Virus record (IMG/VR): IMGVR_UViG_3300047094_002559
Source of the DNA: an uncultured virus (IMG/VR IMGVR_UViG_3300047094_002559)
Taxonomy: Duplodnaviria; Heunggongvirae; Uroviricota; Caudoviricetes
Length of the DNA: 62,297 nucleotides
Strand: one strand, 5' to 3'
The notes under the pieces are model-generated. The model did no database searches, was not told where the DNA came from, and saw only the letters and a list, made by a program, of their open reading frames with translations. Positions 1 to 8,635 of the stretch are shown here, piece by piece. The position numbers and the translations under genes were made by a program. Every line of letters begins with the position of its first letter. Within the stretch, counting starts at the first letter, position 1.

Positions 1-350
1 AGTTTCGTCGCCAACGGATCGGCGCTGTAGCCGCCAGCCCCGGACCGGTAGCCGGCGTAGATCGGCGTGCCGTCCGGCATGACGACGCGCCGGTGGCTAT
101 ACTCCCGCTGCTTCTTGCCGATGACTGCGAATTCGCCGTCCGTAAATTGGAAGTAGACATCCTCCACGAGCACGCGCTCGCTGTTCAGCGCGGCGGCCGC
201 CGCCTGATCCAGCTGGGCAAGCAGCGATGCGCCGCCTGCCGCGCTCACGATGGCGCGGATGATCTGACGGGTGGGCCCGTCGACCTGGCTCTCCCAGAGC
301 GAACCCTGCCCGCCGTATAATTTGTGCCGCAGATCGTAGTCGGCTTTCAT
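1..350 (-). CDS. Partial CDS running off the window edge; probable baseplate wedge/tail protein (MKADYDLRHKLYGGQGSLWESQ...)
   Basis: Translated by hand: ATG at 348-350, adjacent to the baseplate-J-like stop, open to position 1. It is missing from the ORF track because there is no stop in the window. Confidence 0.6.
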   Translation of the reverse strand, partial: MKADYDLRHKLYGGQGSLWESQVDGPTRQIIRAIVSAAGGASLLAQLDQAAAAALNSERVLVEDVYFQFTDGEFAVIGKKQREYSHRRVVMPDGTPIYAGYRSGAGGYSADPLATK

Positions 351-351
351 G

Positions 352-2106
352 TCAGGCGGTTTCGACGAAGCTCACGTTCTCAGGATCGACAGCGTAACGC
401 ACGGTGCGGTTGGTTGCTGCCCAGGCGTCGGCAGGTCCTCCCGGTGAGATCTCCCCGTCGACGATCTCATACGGATTGTTGACCGTCGCGATGTCCGTAA
501 ACGTGGGGATGTAGAGCGCGTCCGATTCCGTCGCCCAGTCCGCCGTGATGTCCGCATCACCAGGATCAGCGATCGCGACGCGCAGCAAGCGTGAAGCTGC
601 CGAGACCAGTATGCGCCCAGCGACGCCCACCGCGATGATTTTGTCCGCTCCGGCGTTGCGCATGATGTCGTAGATCTCCGTCACGCGAAAATCATCCGGG
701 TGGCCAGCGGTGCGGAGATACTCCACGATCTTGTCCCTGGCCACGCTGAGCAGCGTCTTCACTCCCTGCTTCTTCACATACGTGATTTCGAGATCATCGA
801 GGACAAGCAGCGGGCCGGACTTCACGAGCACGTCCACGCCGGCCGGTCGATACTCCGGCGACTCGAGCAACGACGACACCGTTTCGAGCAGCGGATCAGC
901 GTCGTAGGTGATGGTGAAAATGGCATACTGATCGCCGTCATCCTCGCTCAGCGGAATCAGCGGCACGTCCAAACCGTCCACGATCGGCACCAGCGACAAG
1001 TAGAGCGACTCGAACCGCGTTCCGCAGTGCAGGCTGCCGTAGAGATCGGCGCGATCGGTTTTGCTGAACACCGCATAAGAACTCACCAGCGACTCGGTCG
1101 TGGTGCCGGACCACTCGATGCTGACGATCCGCGACGCGCGGTGAAGCAACGGCAGCAGGCCGCGGAACACTTTGTCCCCGACCGACGGTTGCACGTAGTC
1201 CAGGCGGACGCTCTGCGTGATGCGCTGCATGTCCCGAGCCGACCGGAAGTAGACGTCGACGGAGGGCGCCGTCAGCGCGAGCGCCGAACCTGCGGCGATT
1301 CGCTGCATCTCAGCGTCGCTCGGGACGATAGGTGAGACCATGTTGGACTCCGGCCAGTTGCGATACACCAGCGCCTTCGTGGACGCGCGCGACCCGGACG
1401 TCAGCGAGCAGGCGATCTTGCGCGCCGTGCGCGCCAAGTCAGACAGTGTAGCTGACGGCACGCCCGACGTGAAAGTGATGGCCGCCGCAATGCCGACGAG
1501 CGTCGTCGCGATCTCAGTGGCTGCGCCTTCCGTGCCGATTTCGATTGGCGCGCTCAGTGTGCCTTCCACCGGCAAGTCCACCGCCCAAGTGTTGGCGGTC
1601 GTCTGCGCCAGAATGTAGGTGTCAGCCGCCCCGGTGTGCGTGCTGCCGGCGGCCAGTATCTGGACGTAGGTGGCGTCCGGGTTGACCGCCTTCAGAACCC
1701 AATCGTCGTCAGCGGCGAAGCGGAAGCGAATCGTGCGATCCAAACTGACGGCGTTTGGACTCGAGAAGGTCAGACGCACCAGACCAAACGCCCGCAGGTT
1801 CTCCACGTCGTAGACCCCGAAATTCCCGAGGTAGGCCTTCACAAACTCGCATGAGTAGATCAGCCCTTCGGCGACGTTGCCCAGGTCCAGGTCGCTCATG
1901 AACCTGCTGTGCGCTTCGTTCGTGGCTGCCCTGCGCAGTGCCAGCGGGGTGATGACGAGATCGCCGGTCGGCGTACCTGGCGCCAGGTCCACGTCGGGCA
2001 TGGCGGGACGCAACTCGGCCACCTCTTCCGCGCGCGCAGCAGCGATCTGCTCCGGCGTCAGTTCCGCCACGGATGGGTAATACTCTTTGGTGAAGCTCAG
2101 GTTCAT
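352..2106 (-). CDS. Baseplate J-like (wedge) protein
   Basis: 584 aa. N-terminal PDVDLAPGTPTGDLVITP motif, LGNFGV...AFGLVRLTFSSP segment, C-terminal 'EIYDIMRNAGAD'. Lies directly downstream of a gp25-like gene. Confidence 0.75.
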   Translation of the reverse strand: MNLSFTKEYYPSVAELTPEQIAAARAEEVAELRPAMPDVDLAPGTPTGDLVITPLALRRAATNEAHSRFMSDLDLGNVAEGLIYSCEFVKAYLGNFGVYDVENLRAFGLVRLTFSSPNAVSLDRTIRFRFAADDDWVLKAVNPDATYVQILAAGSTHTGAADTYILAQTTANTWAVDLPVEGTLSAPIEIGTEGAATEIATTLVGIAAAITFTSGVPSATLSDLARTARKIACSLTSGSRASTKALVYRNWPESNMVSPIVPSDAEMQRIAAGSALALTAPSVDVYFRSARDMQRITQSVRLDYVQPSVGDKVFRGLLPLLHRASRIVSIEWSGTTTESLVSSYAVFSKTDRADLYGSLHCGTRFESLYLSLVPIVDGLDVPLIPLSEDDGDQYAIFTITYDADPLLETVSSLLESPEYRPAGVDVLVKSGPLLVLDDLEITYVKKQGVKTLLSVARDKIVEYLRTAGHPDDFRVTEIYDIMRNAGADKIIAVGVAGRILVSAASRLLRVAIADPGDADITADWATESDALYIPTFTDIATVNNPYEIVDGEISPGGPADAWAATNRTVRYAVDPENVSFVETA

Positions 2107-2504
2107 TCGATGGATTTGATTTCCTGCGTGGTTTGTCCAGCGCGATTGGTCACGGTGATACCCACCTGCGCCACGTTGTCTTTGACGGTGATCAGCGTGG
2201 TTTTTATGCTGGCTACGCTGTCGGCCGCCGCGCGCGCAGGTTCGTCGTAGAGCAGCATGTCGCTGCGCGCCTTCAGCGCGCCGAAGTTCAGGATGTGCTG
2301 CAGGCCCAGCATGTCAAACGCGCCGTAGCTGAAAAGCGTGCGCGCCACTTCCGTGCCTCGGTCCGGCAGCAGCTTGTCGGACCCGAGCTGAGTCAGCAGC
2401 GAAACGCTGACGCGCTGCGCGACCGCAGCCATCCCATCCACTGAGCTGCCCCAGTCGATCGCCACTTTATTGGCTCCGCCGAAATTGATCTTGAGTGCTC
2501 TCAT
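2103..2504 (-). CDS. gp25/GPW-like baseplate wedge protein
   Basis: 'AQRVSVSLLTQLGSDKLLPDRGT' matches the gp25-type pattern. Start moved to the ATG at 2504, which forms an ATGA overlap with the upstream stop. Confidence 0.65.
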   Translation of the reverse strand: MRALKINFGGANKVAIDWGSSVDGMAAVAQRVSVSLLTQLGSDKLLPDRGTEVARTLFSYGAFDMLGLQHILNFGALKARSDMLLYDEPARAAADSVASIKTTLITVKDNVAQVGITVTNRAGQTTQEIKSIE

Positions 2505-2827
2505 GCGTAGTTGTTGCCGTCCTGGATCTGACCGCCCCCGTCGTAGATGGATCTCAGGCATTGGCTCATGCCGAAAATCTGCAGGTAAGGAGCGGAAGCC
2601 ACAGCGTAGCGCGCGTCCCGCGCGACCGCCAGCTTGAAGCGCCGGACCATCGAAGAGTCGCCGTCGGCCGGCTTCACGTCAGCGAAACTGAGTCGCTCCT
2701 GCATCGTCGCGCCGCCGCTGCCTGAGAACTCGAAAGGACCGCTTGGCAGGCGACCCTGCAGTTCCTGCCGGTGCTCTTGGAATGCGCGCGTGCGTGCGCG
2801 TTCATCTGCGAGCGCGTGCCCTTTCAT
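2501..2827 (-). CDS. Hypothetical protein (108 aa)
   Basis: ATGA overlaps with both neighbours. Confidence 0.65.
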   Translation of the reverse strand: MKGHALADERARTRAFQEHRQELQGRLPSGPFEFSGSGGATMQERLSFADVKPADGDSSMVRRFKLAVARDARYAVASAPYLQIFGMSQCLRSIYDGGGQIQDGNNYA

Positions 2828-3552
2828 GCGTGTGCGCCCTCGATTTGACCTTCCATGTCCTGCATCTTCAGGCCGATGCGGTCCGAGCGGCGGGTCACCT
2901 GAGACGGCGAGATCCCGAGCTGCGCGGCGATGACATTCTTCGCCAGCAGCGGCGATCCGCCGTAGCCAGTCGTGTGCTCGATAATCTTGCGGTCGACGCG
3001 GTCGGACGTGTCGTAGACATACTCCAGAGCCTCACCCAGGAAGTCCGGCATGTCGTGCCCTTCGTCATACATCTGCGAGGACGCCGCCACCGGCCTGGTG
3101 ATCTTGCGCACCGCGGCGATGCGCTTCACGGACAGCCCGGAGCGGTCCGCCAGCTGCTTCACGTCCGGGTCGAACCCGAGCTCGTCCTGCAGTTCCCTCG
3201 ATGAGCGTTCGATTGCCCAGGCATCGATCGCGGCGCGATCCGGAACCTTCACCGGCCCCTGACTCTCGCGGCGGTAGCGCTGCAGCGACTGCAGCTGGTT
3301 CTGCGTCCATGTGCGCAGGTTGACGCCAGCGCCCGGACTGAATTTCCGAACGGCGTCCGCCGCATACAGCCGCGCCTGGTGCCGCATCTGCGGGTTCACG
3401 CTCACGCCCATGGAGGACAGCTTGAAGCTGATCGTAGGGTCGAGCGAGCGCACCACGCGGTTCATGTTGTCCGGCGTCGGATCCTTGCGCCACGCGCCGT
3501 AGAGCGCCTCTGACGAAGTCGGCAGCGGGGACGTTGGAATATCTGGAGTCAC
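2824..3552 (-). CDS. Phage-encoded sigma-70 family factor (FliA/SigF-like layout, regions 2-4)
   Basis: Region 2-like 'ADAVRKFSPGAGVNLRTW', 'VKVP', region 3 'ELQDELGFDPDVKQLADRSGLS', region 4 HTH 'IAAQLGISPSQVTR'. GTG start at 3552 chosen from promoter spacing. Confidence 0.8.
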   Translation of the reverse strand: MTPDIPTSPLPTSSEALYGAWRKDPTPDNMNRVVRSLDPTISFKLSSMGVSVNPQMRHQARLYAADAVRKFSPGAGVNLRTWTQNQLQSLQRYRRESQGPVKVPDRAAIDAWAIERSSRELQDELGFDPDVKQLADRSGLSVKRIAAVRKITRPVAASSQMYDEGHDMPDFLGEALEYVYDTSDRVDRKIIEHTTGYGGSPLLAKNVIAAQLGISPSQVTRRSDRIGLKMQDMEGQIEGAHA

Positions 3553-3559
3553 GGGTATC

Positions 3560-3588
3560 AGTCTATACGCTTTGCTGCGGCTTGTCAC
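3560..3588 (-). promoter_or_regulatory. sigma70-like promoter GTGACA-N17-TAGACT, 7 nt before GTG
   Basis: Read directly on the minus strand. Confidence 0.55.
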
Positions 3589-3745
3589 GCTTGAGCCGCT
3601 CGCTCAGCATGTAGCGAAATCGCTCATGCACTTTGCGCACGGCGCACTTGCTGCATCCCCCTCCTCGGGAATGCAAGGCGGACTGCAGCTCCGCGTGGTA
3701 GCGTTTCTCAAGTTCCGGGTAGCGCGCGATACCCGGAACGCTCAC
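3563..3745 (-). CDS. Small CxxC protein (60 aa)
   Basis: GGCSKC motif. Start overlaps the upstream stop. Resembles the C-terminus of the neighbouring gene. Confidence 0.55.
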   Translation of the reverse strand: MSVPGIARYPELEKRYHAELQSALHSRGGGCSKCAVRKVHERFRYMLSERLKRDKPQQSV

Positions 3746-4119
3746 AGCAGGCCCTTCGCCTCGAGCTTCCCCCGGAACGCGCGGATCAACTTTCCGACCT
3801 CGCAGCTGGGGCAGGGTGCGCCGCCGTAGCTCGACACGAGCTTCCGCTTCGCGGCGAAGAATTCCTCGCGAAGTTCCTCGCTTCCAGGAATCGGATTGAC
3901 GTCCACTTGTTCCGTCACCCAGCGTCCGACAACCTGCGCCTTGCGGCGCTCAGGCGACGTCTCCTGCGTGGGGGTCGCGCGCCCTTCGGCGACGTGATCG
4001 AGCGCGGTCATGTCGGCATACTCCGCGATGACGGTGAGTTCCGCGTCGAGCTCGATCGTGTAGGGCACGCGCTGGTCGCCCTTCATCCGGAATATCCTCA
4101 GTTTGCGTGGTGCTGGCAT
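3742..4119 (-). CDS. CxxC protein (MPAPRKLRIF...GGAPCPSCEVG...)
   Basis: Start trimmed to ATG 4119, because the longer ORF overlaps the next gene. Confidence 0.65.
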   Translation of the reverse strand: MPAPRKLRIFRMKGDQRVPYTIELDAELTVIAEYADMTALDHVAEGRATPTQETSPERRKAQVVGRWVTEQVDVNPIPGSEELREEFFAAKRKLVSSYGGAPCPSCEVGKLIRAFRGKLEAKGLL

Positions 4120-4124
4120 GGGTG

Positions 4125-4493
4125 TTAGATGTGGTGGAACAGGCGGTGGCCGATCCAGGCTGCGGTCGCCCATATCAGCGGCACGAGAAAGATTGGCAAG
4201 AAGAAACCGGCGACGCCGAACAGCGTCCCGACCGCGGCGACATGCGCGGACAGGCAGCCTGGACATCCGAGGACGCCACGAATGAACCCGGGGGCGTTGG
4301 ACTCGGCCGCCAGGAACATCTCGAAGTCCTCCGTGTTGAGCGTCAGGATGTCCTCGCGCGTCCGGTCCGCGCGCCACGATTTCGGAAACACGTAGGCGAA
4401 CAGCGCGTGACGCAGCTCGCCCTTGAAGAACCAGTGGAGCCAGGCGGCGGTCCAGCCGGCGACGAGGAACAGAATGAAGACGATGGTGAGCAT
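4125..4493 (-). CDS. Small membrane protein with LxCPxCLS motif (DUF1360-like)
   Basis: Hydrophobic helices flank 'VLGCPGCLSAHVAA'. Start ATG 4493 lies 6 nt after a -10-like box. Confidence 0.6.
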   Translation of the reverse strand: MLTIVFILFLVAGWTAAWLHWFFKGELRHALFAYVFPKSWRADRTREDILTLNTEDFEMFLAAESNAPGFIRGVLGCPGCLSAHVAAVGTLFGVAGFFLPIFLVPLIWATAAWIGHRLFHHI

Positions 4494-4499
4494 GGGGAA

Positions 4500-4528
4500 A
4501 GATTTACCGGATGCGCGGAGCGACGCAA
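4500..4528 (-). promoter_or_regulatory. sigma70-like promoter TTGCGT-N17-AAATCT, 6 nt before ATG
   Basis: Same spacing as the other promoters; the -10 box is weak. Confidence 0.35.
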
Positions 4529-4557
4529 GCACGATTATGACCAGCGACTAGAGCTCT

Positions 4558-5166
4558 TTATGTTAAACTTTCAAATTCCTCACATATTCTTCTTATGTCT
4601 TCTTCTGTGAATTGCTTTTTCAAATGCGTGTTCTCCTTCAGGCATCGCGGCGGTGTCCCAACATACAAACCGAAGCATTTTGGGTTCACCTTTTTGGTGA
4701 TGACAGTACCCATTCCTATCATACTCCCGCTGCCTATCCTTGAGTATTGGTGACACATGCTACCAATTCCCATATTAACGTAACGCCCGATCATGGAGTG
4801 CCCGGCTATTATGACATTACACGACAGTATGGCATTACTCATTATTGTTGAGTCATGCCCTACGTGGCTGGCTTTAAGCATGAGTATGTGATCCATCAGC
4901 TTTGTTGGTTTTTCACAACCCGCGTTTATAGTCACATACTCTCTAAAGATGTTGTCATCTCCTATGATGACCCCTTTGTTGGGCTTGCCAAAATAAGCCT
5001 TGTGTTCTGGCTCGGTGCCGACAGAACAAAAGGCTTCAAATCTGTTGTTGTGACCAATCAAGGTATCTCCGGTGATATAACAAAAAGCGCCAACGTAATT
5101 ACCGTGACCCAATTTCACACCATCGCCGATCACAGCGGTCGGGTGTATGTAGTTTGCTTTGTCCAT
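4558..5166 (-). CDS. LpxA-like hexapeptide-repeat acyltransferase
   Basis: 'IHPTAVIG', 'IGDDNIFREYVTINAG', 'HVGHDS', 'HQYSRIG' follow the LpxA left-handed beta-helix. Shorter than cellular LpxA and AT-rich. Confidence 0.85.
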   Translation of the reverse strand: MDKANYIHPTAVIGDGVKLGHGNYVGAFCYITGDTLIGHNNRFEAFCSVGTEPEHKAYFGKPNKGVIIGDDNIFREYVTINAGCEKPTKLMDHILMLKASHVGHDSTIMSNAILSCNVIIAGHSMIGRYVNMGIGSMCHQYSRIGSGSMIGMGTVITKKVNPKCFGLYVGTPPRCLKENTHLKKQFTEEDIRRICEEFESLT

Positions 5167-5209
5167 CGTGTTCAGGTCTTTATATTACGCATTATTGGTA
5201 AAGGAGCAG

Positions 5210-6538
5210 TCACAACCACCTAATACGATCATGATACGTGAGCGCCTTGTCAACAAAAGAGCACACTGTCGGATCTGCATCGTGTATGCGTCGAAAAAGA
5301 TTTCCCTCCTCACCAAACTCAGAGTAGGACCATCCGAAAGAATTGTAGTAGTCCGCATCAAATGCAATTTGTCCTCCGTCGACGTGCCCTCCTGTAAGAT
5401 GGCTTAACCCAGCCGCGCGAAAGTGACCATGATTCACTTCCTGTCGAAAGTGAATCATCTTGACCACGGGATTCTCTCTTACGTGAGCAACGAGGCTAGA
5501 CACAAATTCCGGGTGAAGCAGATTGTCGTCTGACAGTATCAGCACCCAGGTCTTACTGAGGCTGCGGAGTGTGTCGTCCCATATACGAAGGTGGTCGCAA
5601 AACTGCATTCTCTCGGGTCTGTTCATTTTGACCAGCCACCGCAGATCCACACCGTCCGGAACCTGCGCGCTAGTAACTGAAGCAGCTACGCAAGGTAGCA
5701 ACTGCGGACGACTACAGAAGGTCAGAAGTGTCACGCGCAGGGTGGTGTCTGCGGGTTGTTTGATATGAGGTGCCAACTCGCCTTTGATGTTGTTCCAATG
5801 CGTGTGCACGCGTGAACCGCTCCAGAAATTTTCGTTTTCACACAGTAGACTGACCATGTGATGCCACGGCTTGCTACCTAACCACAGTTCTGCGTGCATG
5901 CGCGCCCATGGATTGCCGGCTATGTGAGGTCCTCCGCGCTCTCTGTAACTCGACACAGAATCAAGGCTGTTAATCCAGTCCGCTCTCGCCATCCAGAAAT
6001 TACCACTGTAGTGCGGATGCTGTGGATTGTGCTGCCAGTTCACGCCGACCATATCCGCCGATTGGAGAAGCTGTAGGTTGTGCTGCCATCCGGTAACGAT
6101 GTAATGCATCATCACGCGACGCCAAGCGCCTTTGCAGGAATCGTGCGGCGCACTAACACCTTTCGTGTGTAGATACATCACGACACCGGACGGATGCTCT
6201 TCGCACCACACATCCAGCGCAGCCAATGTAGGAGTTTCGTAATTATGGAAGTCGGGAGCGCTACCAACGATATCGAGATCGAATTGACGAAGCCACGCAA
6301 CATCATCAGACGTCCCCAGCACGAAAGACTTCGGCCTGCCTAACCCGGCGGCTGTCAAGTGCGCCATCTGTTCCGTTACAACTTCTTTCCAGTTACCCAT
6401 ACACGCTATGTGATAGAACACCTGCAAATCTTCCAAGGTATATGACACAGCAGATTCTCGCACGCCGCGCCTGAGATCGTAACCTGCTTTGCTGTGATAA
6501 TCGATCAGTGTAGTCGTAGCGAATTGATCTACTGCCAT
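5210..6538 (-). CDS. Putative two-domain glycosyltransferase-like protein
   Basis: N domain 'YHIACMGNW...YLHTKGVS...HYSGNFWMARADWI' is a motif set seen in viral glycosyltransferase-like proteins. C domain is GT2/GT-A-like 'WVLILSDDNLLHP'. Start trimmed to ATG 6538, which overlaps the upstream stop. Confidence 0.6.
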   Translation of the reverse strand: MAVDQFATTTLIDYHSKAGYDLRRGVRESAVSYTLEDLQVFYHIACMGNWKEVVTEQMAHLTAAGLGRPKSFVLGTSDDVAWLRQFDLDIVGSAPDFHNYETPTLAALDVWCEEHPSGVVMYLHTKGVSAPHDSCKGAWRRVMMHYIVTGWQHNLQLLQSADMVGVNWQHNPQHPHYSGNFWMARADWINSLDSVSSYRERGGPHIAGNPWARMHAELWLGSKPWHHMVSLLCENENFWSGSRVHTHWNNIKGELAPHIKQPADTTLRVTLLTFCSRPQLLPCVAASVTSAQVPDGVDLRWLVKMNRPERMQFCDHLRIWDDTLRSLSKTWVLILSDDNLLHPEFVSSLVAHVRENPVVKMIHFRQEVNHGHFRAAGLSHLTGGHVDGGQIAFDADYYNSFGWSYSEFGEEGNLFRRIHDADPTVCSFVDKALTYHDRIRWL

Positions 6539-7296
6539 GTCATCGCCTCCAGTTTTTTTCCACTCACGTTGGAGGTGTTGGCACGTTGCCCGCAAATCCA
6601 TTTCGCAGGGCAGTAGACTGGCCAGTCCGCGCGCTGATGCGCCAACTCCAGCTGGTGGTCGATGTGCTTGTTCGTGCCGACGTAATCCGGCATGTAGGAC
6701 ACGTGGTTGTAGATCTTCTGGATGTAGGCGGCGCTGACTGCATAAGCGTGCGTCCTGTTCACCGACTTGCCGACGATGACATCCGGGTTTGGCGTCTTGC
6801 CGATCGGTCTCCTGTGCTGCCCGCCCAGGTAGATCTGGCCCCAATCGGCAGGCACGCTCGTCATGAAGCGTTTGAGATCCTCCAGCGCGTTGTCCAGGAA
6901 GAACACGTCGTCCTCCAGGATCAGGGCGCTGCCCCAGGTCAGCGCCTCGCGCTCGTCCCGGATGTGCATCAGGTCCTCGCATATGCGCCTGTGGCTCTGC
7001 AGGCAACCCCAAGCTCCGCGGCCGCCGCCCCACCCGGCAGGGTGCGACGTGTAGTCTCCGATGATCGCCGGGTAGACGGTGATCTTGTCGATATCCGCGA
7101 GCCCCTTGCTCGTGATCTCTTCCTTGAATTCCGCCAGGCGGTCGGGCCGGTGCTGGCAGTTGATTACGAACACGCGGTCGAACCAGTCGGTCAGCTTCGC
7201 GGGCGCGGCGATCACCGGCTGCGGCGCCTCCGCGAGGCTGACCGTCGCGCCGTTCTTGCTGTGCGGTCTGCCCTTTGTGCTAGGTTTTAGGCTCAT
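6529..7296 (-). CDS. Glycosyltransferase family 25-like
   Basis: 'VFVINCQHRPDR', 'GAWGCLQSH', 'LILEDD', 'IYLGG', 'THAYAV', 'ID' are the GT25 motif series. Confidence 0.85.
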   Translation of the reverse strand: MSLKPSTKGRPHSKNGATVSLAEAPQPVIAAPAKLTDWFDRVFVINCQHRPDRLAEFKEEITSKGLADIDKITVYPAIIGDYTSHPAGWGGGRGAWGCLQSHRRICEDLMHIRDEREALTWGSALILEDDVFFLDNALEDLKRFMTSVPADWGQIYLGGQHRRPIGKTPNPDVIVGKSVNRTHAYAVSAAYIQKIYNHVSYMPDYVGTNKHIDHQLELAHQRADWPVYCPAKWICGQRANTSNVSGKKLEAMTWQ

Positions 7297-7324
7297 GCTC
7301 TGTATGGGTGTCTGCTGTTGATTT

Positions 7325-7353
7325 ACACTGCTGCGTGCCGCGGGTGTCGTCAA
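7325..7353 (-). promoter_or_regulatory. sigma70-like promoter TTGACG-N17-CAGTGT upstream of the GT cluster
   Basis: Intergenic, with a 17-nt spacer. Confidence 0.4.
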
Positions 7354-7456
7354 CGCGAACGTCATTCAGCGCCGTGGATGCTTTTGCAATTCGGGCGACA
7401 GCGCAAGCGATTTCGCAGTCCTCTCCCGGCTTCCGGTTGGTCCGCAGCACGCAGCA

Positions 7457-8635
7457 TCAGATCAGTGTGAACGTCCCGTTGTCGAACACGGTAACGGTAG
7501 CGACAGTCTTTGCGGCAGGCACGGCCGTGATGTTCGGGTTGAAGCCGGGAGTGATGGTCAGCGGAGGCGATGTGACGCCGTTATATGTGACGGTCACGGT
7601 TGCGGTCGAACCCCTCCTGAACCACCAGTCCGCCTTGAGGTCCAGCACGGTTGACGTGGTCCACGCTCCGGCCGTAAGGGCGTCCTCGGCGCTGATGTAA
7701 TAGTCCTCGTGCCCGCCGGTCCATGGTACAGAGAAGTCCTGCCAGAGCATATACGCGGCAGAAATACCGTTAGCATACCAGCCTAGTGTGTTACCCAGAA
7801 ACGCAGTGCTGGTGATCAGGTCGTACCCGCCGGTCCATTCGTATTTAATCACCATGACTTCGCCGCAGTCCGTGCAGGGAGTGCAGCCCATCTCATTGTC
7901 ACACCAGATGCCGCCGCCTGCGAAGACTGAACCTGCGTCCAACCATGCTCGACAGTCGTCGTACGTCACCTCGATGTGCGCTAGAGATGTTACCGAAGGG
8001 CCTGGATCTGATGCAGTGACGGCGATGTTGCCCGAAAACACCAGCATCCCGCACGCATCTACGGCCTGCACTTCAAGCGACGTGTAAAGCCGGTCGAAGA
8101 TGGTGTGAGTCCCGGACTGTGTACCGCTTGTATTTATGGCAGCGCCTCCCAACGTCGCGGATAATTCAAAGGTATTTGCCGTCTTGTTCTTTACATAGTA
8201 CCCTACATTTGCGGCCAAACCCGTTGGCAAAGAACCCGTGGTCTCGAAGGAGACGCGCCGGTTATTGGCGTAGCCGTGACTGGCCTTTGATACCACGCAT
8301 GGAGATGCGATGGTCATTGTGACCGTTCCTCCGGCGACCGCCGCGCCGTATACGTCTACCGTTGAACCGGCACCTAACACTGTGGTGATTTGCTCTGGTG
8401 CGCCTACTGGCGCTAGCACTGGCTCACAGCCATCGCCCGTAACAGGGTCGCTGAGGTTGGCTGGTAAGTAGCCGGGGGTTCCGGTGTATCCGCCAGTGAT
8501 ATACACATCGATCGGAAGCAGGATCGCAGGACCGCAGCAGCAACAGCCGGAGCTGCCGGAACCAGAGCCGCTACCAGAGCCGGAGCCGCTACTTGAGCTG
8601 ACTGAACCGGATGACTTGGAGCTGCCGTAGCTCAT
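7457..8635 (-). CDS. Putative tail fibre/virion appendage protein
   Basis: Ser/Gly N-terminus then CCCC. Contains the beta-rich module 'TIASPCVV..SHGY...V.F.TTGSLPTGL...YYV....NTFELS...GG..I' common in phage tail proteins. Confidence 0.55.
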   Translation of the reverse strand: MSYGSSKSSGSVSSSSGSGSGSGSGSGSSGCCCCGPAILLPIDVYITGGYTGTPGYLPANLSDPVTGDGCEPVLAPVGAPEQITTVLGAGSTVDVYGAAVAGGTVTMTIASPCVVSKASHGYANNRRVSFETTGSLPTGLAANVGYYVKNKTANTFELSATLGGAAINTSGTQSGTHTIFDRLYTSLEVQAVDACGMLVFSGNIAVTASDPGPSVTSLAHIEVTYDDCRAWLDAGSVFAGGGIWCDNEMGCTPCTDCGEVMVIKYEWTGGYDLITSTAFLGNTLGWYANGISAAYMLWQDFSVPWTGGHEDYYISAEDALTAGAWTTSTVLDLKADWWFRRGSTATVTVTYNGVTSPPLTITPGFNPNITAVPAAKTVATVTVFDNGTFTLI

